Below, piece by piece: positions 57,789-64,000 of a stretch of 64,000 nucleotides of DNA. Origin of the DNA: Polyangiaceae bacterium (GTDB lineage Bacteria; Myxococcota_A; Polyangia; Polyangiales; Polyangiaceae); assembly GCA_033763455.1 (NCBI GenBank), contig JANRKO010000043.1, positions 32,001 through 96,000 on the forward strand, read 5' to 3'. The notes under the pieces are model-generated. The model was not told where the DNA came from. It saw only the letters and a program-made list of their open reading frames with translations, and made no database searches. The position numbers were made by a program, and so were the translations under genes. Position 1 is the stretch's first letter; each line of letters starts with the position of its first letter.

Positions 57789-59509
57789 TCCGTTGCTCCC
57801 TGGGTGCGGATCGCAAGCACGGGGGGCGAGCCTGTGACGGAAACTTGGAGGTGGGAAAGCTTCAGATCGAGGCCGCCATAGGTAAGCTCGGGGAGCGCCT
57901 TCAGAACTTGGCTTCCGTTAAACGAGTAGGCCGCGCCTTTCCGTTGAGCAAACTGTGCGGCGATGGGCAGCAAATCCCCAAGGCAAGGGGACAACACTTG
58001 AGTCTCGCCCACCTTGCTCGCGCAATTTACGTGAAGGTCCGAGACCTTGCCCGTCAATTCAAGAATGTCCGCTTTCTGATTTACGTCCATGTTTAGTTTG
58101 GCGTGCCCCCAAACCGTTCGCGTGTCCATGCTCCCGAGCTTTACGGCGCCCAGGGCCATGCTAAGCGGACTGCCAGCAGAACTCGACGCCGCTAGGGTCG
58201 GAGGAAGCATGGGATCCACCCCATCGAAGGTGAAGGCCGCAATCTTGAGTCGATCACTGAGTGCGTCGAATACGAACGCGGATTTTCCCCACTCGCTGAG
58301 GAACCCCGTGTCCCACACATAATGAAGGATCTGGCTTGTGGCGTTAGCGTTGAGGGATAGAGTGATAGCGGCGTCTCCCGTGGTCACTGTTTCTGCGGGA
58401 GCGAGGCCTGGAAAATAACTTGAGCTCGGGCTACCGGCACCGTGCGTTCTCGCCGCTGGCGCAATTCGGAGGCACATTGGGAACGAGAGCCCGGTCGGAG
58501 AAACTTTCGGAGCATCTGACAGACGGATCTCAAATGCGTCGTTGGGGCGTGCTTGCAGTGGGTAAATCGGGCGGGTCATGCCACTAAGCGTTCGGGATAG
58601 GTCCGCCAGGGCCCCGTATAACGTATCGTTCACCTTCTTCTGCGTTTCGAGCGGGATCTTCTGAGTGGCTGTGCCGGAGCCAGCGTTCGCGCCCAAGTCT
58701 GCTCCGGCGAGGCCCCCTAAAGCCGCGCCGACCGGGCCCATTAGCGCACCAACAGCCAATCCCCAAAATCCGCCCTGTCCCGCCCCGCACTGTTCAGCTT
58801 GGGCAAGGATCTGGTTTTTGAAGTCACCGTCGAACAAGTGTACCACCGGCACTTCACCAGGTCTCAGATGGATCTGAATCGCCCCTTCACGCTCCTCCAT
58901 TTCTAAAGCGGCGGAGAGCCAGAGCCAGGGGGTCCCTCCAGACCAGATGGTAATGCCTACTCGCGCAAAGCCCTCCTCGAAATCGATTGTTGTGCTAACG
59001 CGCTCTACCTCGGGGTAAGGCACATCAATGATGCATCCAGATTCTTCGGTTTGAAGCCTGCCGTGAATCTTCGACTTCACCATCCGTTCCACGGCGTTCG
59101 CTATTCCGCTCCCTGCTCCCGCCGTCTCAAAAAGCCCCGCACCCATGCTCACCGAGTAGCCGCAAACGAAATCATCCGCCTTGTAGGAGGGGCCAACCAG
59201 CACCGGCCAGGTGACTTCACGTTGATAAGTGGGCCCGTAGTTCATTTGCCATGTTGTCAGGGAAAGGCCAGTGTTCATCAATCCTAGGAACTTTTGGTCC
59301 TGGGTCGCGCCATGGGGATATAGACTAACACCCAATCCAGATGGCTCTATTTGGGTGAGTGATCCCGCGGTGCCAAAAGGAAGCGAAGCTGGAACTGTAA
59401 CTTGGAGATCCTTCTGACCAGAGGTAGCCCCCAGAAGGGCTGGCAAGCTGATCCCCAACGCGAGGAGAACTCCAAGCCCCACTTGTGTCGATGTCTCCAT
59501 TGCTCTCAT
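57785..59509 (-). CDS. Exported 574-aa protein with internal glycine zipper; possible BPI/TULIP-like lipid-binding fold
   Basis: N-terminal signal/TM; GLAVGALMGPVGAALGGLAG; ITLSLNANATSQILHYVWDTG. ATGA-coupled to the upstream gene. The fold is an inference. Confidence 0.65.
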   Translation of the reverse strand: MRAMETSTQVGLGVLLALGISLPALLGATSGQKDLQVTVPASLPFGTAGSLTQIEPSGLGVSLYPHGATQDQKFLGLMNTGLSLTTWQMNYGPTYQREVTWPVLVGPSYKADDFVCGYSVSMGAGLFETAGAGSGIANAVERMVKSKIHGRLQTEESGCIIDVPYPEVERVSTTIDFEEGFARVGITIWSGGTPWLWLSAALEMEEREGAIQIHLRPGEVPVVHLFDGDFKNQILAQAEQCGAGQGGFWGLAVGALMGPVGAALGGLAGADLGANAGSGTATQKIPLETQKKVNDTLYGALADLSRTLSGMTRPIYPLQARPNDAFEIRLSDAPKVSPTGLSFPMCLRIAPAARTHGAGSPSSSYFPGLAPAETVTTGDAAITLSLNANATSQILHYVWDTGFLSEWGKSAFVFDALSDRLKIAAFTFDGVDPMLPPTLAASSSAGSPLSMALGAVKLGSMDTRTVWGHAKLNMDVNQKADILELTGKVSDLHVNCASKVGETQVLSPCLGDLLPIAAQFAQRKGAAYSFNGSQVLKALPELTYGGLDLKLSHLQVSVTGSPPVLAIRTQGATE

Positions 59510-61035
59510 CCTCCAAACATCTGGAGCAACATGATCGTAAAGAGCTCGGTGATCACGACAAAAAGAGTCGCGCGCATGACCGACGAAGTCATGGCTGCAG
59601 TAACCTGATCGGAGCGCGACTTTGGCTCAGCGCCCTTGGCGACAACGACCGATGCAAGCGCGAGCTTGTAGGCAATTACCGACCAAAGAGCACGAATGAG
59701 GTAAGGACGCCGTTCTGGCGGTCGAGCGACGAAGTCTGTGAGCAGGACTTCCATCGCATGTTCAACACCGTGTGATTCGTACAAGACGTAGCCGCCAACG
59801 GCCATGGCAATGGTGAAGATCGCAAAGGTTGCCAGATAGGAAAGAGAAAGCCCGAGCCACGCCGGTGACCATAAATACCGACGCGCTGGCACGCCCAAAC
59901 CCTCCAGCGCCGCTACCTGACCATTCACGCGCAAGCCGCCAAGCCAAGCACTGATAGCCGAGCCGCTGGTGGCGACGAAGATGATCGCCGAAAGCGGTGG
60001 TGCTAGCGACAGGATGTACGTGCCTTTTATCAAGGTGAAGACGGCCCGGGGTTCCAGGTCCTTGCTGATATTCGCTATGACATAGGGAACGGTGAACCCG
60101 AGCAACATACCGACGACTGCGTAGAACAGCGCCGGACGAACAAGGCTTTGGATCAGCGTTCGCCGCAATACAACCATGGACTCGCGGAAGAGGTGCGGCT
60201 CTCCAATGCCACGGATCGCTTCACCCGCGATGCGAAATGGAGCCAGAAAGTCGCCAAAATTGGGAGCTTTGGCTTTGCCGCTAGCACTTGGTTCTCGCTC
60301 CCGGAGCAGTAACTCTTCCACCGTGGCGTCGAGTTGAACCTGCCGTTGCTGTCGAACTTCGGGGTCATCCAGTTCGGTTGGGCCAGACCAAGGCTCAATC
60401 CGGGTGAGCGAGTGATCGTTGGGCTCAAGAAAGTAGATCTCGTCAGCAGCGCCACCCGCCAGTGAAATATCATGGGTAATGACAATGACACCCAGCTTGT
60501 GCTTCCGCGCTTGGGTTACCAGGAGCCGAGCGAGCATTCGGACGCCCACCGGATCGAGCCCGACGGAGGGTTCGTCCATCACCACAAGCTTCTTGCCAGC
60601 CGCTAGAACCCTCGCCACGGCGAGGCGCTGGGCCTGTCCGCCACTGAGCGTATCTACGCCCCGTCCGGCGCTCCCAATCGCGCCATCCAAGTCGACAGCT
60701 TCAAGCCATGCGGTAGCGTCAAGCTCAGCGCCGCAGGCAGCTTGGGCAAGCTTGATATTGTCCGCGGCATCCAAGTGGTCTAGCAGCGCACCTCGCTGCG
60801 GGACGTAAGCCGGCTCACCGGTGACGATCCGCTCCACCCAGTCCACCGTGTAGCCCAACCGTTGCAGCTCATCTGGCGCAAAAATAGCCTTTAGAAGGGT
60901 ACTTTTGCCAGCGCCAGACGGGCCGAGGAGAACCACCACCTTGCCCTCGTGGAGGCTGAGCGCCACGCGCTCAAGCGCCAGCGATCCGTTGGGAAACTGG
61001 ACCGTTAATCCTTGGACGTCAGCAAGTGTGCCCAT
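59506..61035 (-). CDS. Fused ABC ATPase + MlaE-family permease (MlaF-MlaE-like single chain)
   Basis: GPSGAGKS, LSGGQ, VVMDEP, ITHD; then LAPPLSAIIFVATSGSAISAWLGGLRVNGQVAALEGLGV..RYLWSP and VTAAMTSSV. Confidence 0.85.
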   Translation of the reverse strand: MGTLADVQGLTVQFPNGSLALERVALSLHEGKVVVLLGPSGAGKSTLLKAIFAPDELQRLGYTVDWVERIVTGEPAYVPQRGALLDHLDAADNIKLAQAACGAELDATAWLEAVDLDGAIGSAGRGVDTLSGGQAQRLAVARVLAAGKKLVVMDEPSVGLDPVGVRMLARLLVTQARKHKLGVIVITHDISLAGGAADEIYFLEPNDHSLTRIEPWSGPTELDDPEVRQQRQVQLDATVEELLLREREPSASGKAKAPNFGDFLAPFRIAGEAIRGIGEPHLFRESMVVLRRTLIQSLVRPALFYAVVGMLLGFTVPYVIANISKDLEPRAVFTLIKGTYILSLAPPLSAIIFVATSGSAISAWLGGLRVNGQVAALEGLGVPARRYLWSPAWLGLSLSYLATFAIFTIAMAVGGYVLYESHGVEHAMEVLLTDFVARPPERRPYLIRALWSVIAYKLALASVVVAKGAEPKSRSDQVTAAMTSSVMRATLFVVITELFTIMLLQMFGG

Positions 61036-61152
61036 CTGGAAATTCTCTCTCAGGTCTTTGATTATCTAATCTGTGGGTCCAAGCGGCCGCACAACTTCGG
61101 GCGTGTGCGTCCCATCACAGTCAAAATCGTAAGATCCATTGATGGCGGTGCG

Positions 61153-62136
61153 TTAGCGACAGGCCGCGGGCGCAAGGGCTTGCGGGAAGCACCCGACTCC
61201 GGGCACGGCGTAGCAACTGGCCACCGCTCCGCCACAGTACGCATTCCCACCTGGAGGCAGCTGACGGCTTGTTGCAGTCACACCTCCACCGGCACAATTG
61301 GTGCCGCCCGTTGACACGCAAGAAGAAACCGGTGTGAGTTGGTCTGCGAGGTCCTCAACGCCATCACAGTTAACGTCAAAGCTACCGTTAACCGGAACGC
61401 GCGTGCTGCCGAGAGAGTTTGGATGCCACAGGTAGTCATCGTCGTTGCAATCTCCCGAGACGTCGACCCAATTCGTCACATCAATCGGCGGCCGCTCGCA
61501 AGAATCAACAAATTCGACGCCTCCGTATTCATCGAAGTCTTCGTCTTTGTACCATCGCTTCGTAACGCATGTCCCACCGGCGCCCGCTGATCCGCTGGTC
61601 GAGCCACCAAGGCTTGACGTTCCCCCCGGGGCCGAGCGTCCGCCAGTAGGCGATGAAGATTCGCCTCCCGAGGATGGGAACCCGCCGCTGGATGAGCCCC
61701 CTTGATCGAACCCCCCGCCACCAATTTGGGCCGCACCCCCAAGTGAGATGAGAATCCCACCAAAACTTCCTGTAGCAAGGCTCCCCCCCGAGCTCGACGG
61801 ACCTCCGTTGCCCCCGAGCCCTGACGACGCTGCGCCCCCTACGGAGTGATTGCCTCCGAGCGCAGATGCAGTCGCGCCTGAAGCGACAGGTGTTCCCGGC
61901 GTTCCGCCGCTCGGGCTCCCACCCGCGGCATTGGCCGCGTTGAACGCGCTGTCATTACCGCAGCCCGCGGCATGCCAGGCGCTGAAGCAGGCGAGCGCGA
62001 GCAGACGAAACCTTCGGCCGCCACTTCCGAGCCTAAGGGCAGCCAGGACAGATCTGTGGGCATTGCGCGGAAGAGCGCAGAGCGGCTTACTTTTGTTTCT
62101 CACGGTGACCCTCTCTGAGTACCTTGAGGGAATCAC
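61153..62136 (-). CDS. Lipoprotein with long Gly/Ser linker and MopE-like putative metal-binding repeat
   Basis: HAAGC lipobox; WYKDEDFDEYG...GDCNDDD...HP...DVNCDG. Start uncertain. Confidence 0.72.
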   Translation of the reverse strand: MIPSRYSERVTVRNKSKPLCALPRNAHRSVLAALRLGSGGRRFRLLALACFSAWHAAGCGNDSAFNAANAAGGSPSGGTPGTPVASGATASALGGNHSVGGAASSGLGGNGGPSSSGGSLATGSFGGILISLGGAAQIGGGGFDQGGSSSGGFPSSGGESSSPTGGRSAPGGTSSLGGSTSGSAGAGGTCVTKRWYKDEDFDEYGGVEFVDSCERPPIDVTNWVDVSGDCNDDDYLWHPNSLGSTRVPVNGSFDVNCDGVEDLADQLTPVSSCVSTGGTNCAGGGVTATSRQLPPGGNAYCGGAVASCYAVPGVGCFPQALAPAACR

Positions 62137-62139
62137 ATA

Positions 62140-62179
62140 TTTTACTGCCAGGCAACGTCCTAATTGTCTGTCAGTAAAA
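62140..62179. promoter_or_regulatory. Inverted repeat, candidate operator
   Basis: TTTTACTGCCAGGCAAC-N6-ATTGTCTGTCAGTAAAA. Confidence 0.55.
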
Positions 62180-62193
62180 GTTACAGCACTGGC

Positions 62194-62589
62194 CTACCTG
62201 CGCGGTTTCTTGTTCGAGCCGCGGCGGGGCTTCGTGGGTGGGGAGGCGACATGTGGGCGATGACTGGCTGCCGCTCGCAGAAAGTCGTGCACCAAGGGGC
62301 GGATTTCGTCAGGAATACTCTCAGCAAGCTGGGAAACCTGCTCGGACCAGGCATTGGTTGAGGGGGCGGGCTTCTCCAGAAGCCTACCCAAGGATACGCC
62401 AAGCGCTCGGCCAAAGGCCGCTACAGTTTTCAACGTTGGGAGCTTTCTGGCGGTCTCGATCAGCGCGACGTAATGAGGGCTGATCGACGCTCGCTCGGCT
62501 AGCTCGGCTTGTGTGTACCCGCGACTCTGTCGGAGTTCCTTCAGGTTTTCCGAGAGTTGCACGGCTAGGGCGGCCTCAACCTTGTCCAT
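62194..62589 (-). CDS. XRE/Cro-C1 family HTH regulator
   Basis: NLKELRQSRGYTQAELAERASISPHYVALIETARKLPTL. Confidence 0.9.
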   Translation of the reverse strand: MDKVEAALAVQLSENLKELRQSRGYTQAELAERASISPHYVALIETARKLPTLKTVAAFGRALGVSLGRLLEKPAPSTNAWSEQVSQLAESIPDEIRPLVHDFLRAAASHRPHVASPPTKPRRGSNKKPRR

Positions 62590-62649
62590 TGGGCACAGGA
62601 AAGCCCGCTTGGGTGGGGTCTGACGATGCACCACGGGGGCACAATCAAT

Positions 62650-62666
62650 GTTGCCTGTCAGTAAAA
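62650..62666 (+). promoter_or_regulatory. Third copy of the 17-bp motif, upstream of the XRE gene
   Basis: GTTGCCTGTCAGTAAAA. Confidence 0.55.
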
Positions 62667-62772
62667 CTCGTATGATTGGATCGGTCCCACTGCGAGCCCT
62701 TCTTGGCCCGTGACCTCTTCGGGCGTGCTCCTATGACTTGGCGGAGGTAGCATCGCTTCTTAATCGCCACCC

Positions 62773-63549
62773 ATGAGACCCGACGTTGCAAGCCTTGCCG
62801 AGTTACACTCCTACCAAGAAGCGCACGTCCGCTGGCTGGGGGCGCATGGCATTCGCCTTCATTGCGACGTCGAAACATTGACGGCTGTTTCCAGCATTCC
62901 AGATCTCGATCTCAGTGCCGCGGACAGTTCCCAATCGGCGCTTTTGGGCGCAGTGCTAGGGAGCCTCCAACGGCTTGCGGCCATGAGATCGCTGATTCAA
63001 GGCCCGCGCTCTGCGCTCCGAGCCTACGAGGCGGCAGTCACAACTGCTACGGAAGATCACGCAGCCTACCTAAGAAAGCACCGCGTGAGCATTGAAGCTG
63101 CCCACGACGATTCGGGCGTCGAAGCCTTGCGACCGCAACTGATGGAGGCAGGCAAACGCTTACGTACGCTCACCAAGGGGCTGTCGATGTATCAATCTGC
63201 ACAGGTGGCAAAACATGCGAAGTTCTCGGCTACTTTTCGAAAAGAAGTGCACCAGTTAGATCGATATCTGGCGCTGTCAGAATGGATCAAGGTTCAGGTC
63301 AGTACGCTTGAAGCGGTCTTAACCGAGTTCGAGGCAAGTATCTCGGGAACCGCAGAGGCCATGGCTAGTGTAGTTGATCTGCCTGAAGCGCGTGTTTGGG
63401 GTGCTTCGATGGGGAAGTTGAAGGCTGCAATCAAGGACGCCGGTGGCACCAATGCCGACATCGCGCAATTGTTTCCTTCAAAGTCCGCTCCCGAATCGCA
63501 ACGTGAAGTGAATCGGCAACAGATCCGCCGCGCGAAATCCCGCCGCTGA
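62773..63549 (+). CDS. Hypothetical helical protein
   Basis: 258-aa ORF divergent from the XRE gene; no recognised motif. Confidence 0.55.
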   Translation: MRPDVASLAELHSYQEAHVRWLGAHGIRLHCDVETLTAVSSIPDLDLSAADSSQSALLGAVLGSLQRLAAMRSLIQGPRSALRAYEAAVTTATEDHAAYLRKHRVSIEAAHDDSGVEALRPQLMEAGKRLRTLTKGLSMYQSAQVAKHAKFSATFRKEVHQLDRYLALSEWIKVQVSTLEAVLTEFEASISGTAEAMASVVDLPEARVWGASMGKLKAAIKDAGGTNADIAQLFPSKSAPESQREVNRQQIRRAKSRR

Positions 63550-63732
63550 CGGGCTTTGCGGAACGAGCTGCATCAATTCTTGGGGCGCGAGTAGGTAGTT
63601 GGGCAGTGTCCAGTGAAGGACGCTTGGGCCAAATTTTGTCCACTTCCGCGGCTGCACTGTTGCTGAGACCCTCTCGGTACGTAAGAAGCCCCCACCACTC
63701 GGGGGTTCATGCTCAGAGCACTCAGACCCCCG

Positions 63733-64000
63733 ATGCCCGCTCCTCGCTACTTGACCGCACGCGACATTGCCGCAGAGCTCAGCGTGTCGCGGGCCCACGC
63801 CTACCGAATGATGCGGGAAATGTTGCACTTTCGGCGTGGGCGCCTTCTTCGGGTCCCACGAGCAGCGTTCGAAGTGTACATTCACCAGCGAGAGAAAATC
63901 GGATGGGCCAGCGCCTCTTCAAGCGAAATGGAACTTGGTACGGGTGGGTCTTCGACTGCGAAGGCAAACGCATCCAGCGCTCCACAAAGTGCCGCGACAA
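63733..64000 (+). CDS. Excisionase-like HTH protein (3' end outside the window)
   Basis: Own translation: MPAPRYLTARDIAAELSVSRAHAYRMMREMLHFRRGRLLRVPRAAFEVYI. Not in the ORF track because it has no stop in the window. Confidence 0.8.
   Translation, partial: MPAPRYLTARDIAAELSVSRAHAYRMMREMLHFRRGRLLRVPRAAFEVYIHQREKIGWASASSSEMELGTGGSSTAKANASSAPQSAAT
63903..64000 (+). CDS. Probable tyrosine integrase, N-terminal arm-binding segment only
   Basis: MGQRLFKRNGTWYGWVFDCEGKRIQRSTKCRD, a three-strand W-Y...G.R...ST pattern. Confidence 0.6.
   Translation, partial: MGQRLFKRNGTWYGWVFDCEGKRIQRSTKCRD

Larger units (their letters stand above)
44164..64000. mobile_element. Integrative element / genomic island at tRNA-Phe; right end outside the window
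   Basis: tRNA 3' fragment at the left end, xis-like and int-like starts at the right end, accessory and decayed cargo in between. Confidence 0.78.

Overview
GC-rich bacterial DNA, most likely Myxococcota (Polyangiales-like). This is inferred from gene content: PilR plus Deltaproteobacteria-type pilins, a giant TPR protein, a PEGA protein and a J-domain/TPR co-chaperone. Positions 1-44,160 are core-like. They hold an ECF sigma / anti-sigma / J-protein / DnaK-paralog / M1 peptidase operon with a divergent rhomboid protease, pilR with four pilins and two sigma-54 promoters, pyrC-carA-rimO, a ~1,876-aa TPR protein, slyD, tRNA-Leu(CAG), dinB, an XPB-like helicase + DUF790 (Bax1-like) pair, an SDR, eda, an acyl-CoA-binding protein and an esterase. 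At 44,164-44,211 lies the isolated 3' half of a tRNA-Phe (att site). From there to the window end the sequence reads as an integrated element that ends in excisionase- and integrase-like starts. Its cargo is: a ~1,817-aa CLCA-like zincin-vWA gene broken by one frameshift and one stop; a decayed second copy of that module; a GT2 + GT-C/TPR glycosylation pair; a DUF2971-like gene; and a translationally coupled operon encoding a single-chain MlaF-MlaE-like ABC transporter with no MCE partner, next to a possible BPI/TULIP-like glycine-zipper protein. That operon is the best candidate for an undescribed system. All family calls come from reading motifs by eye; no searches were run.
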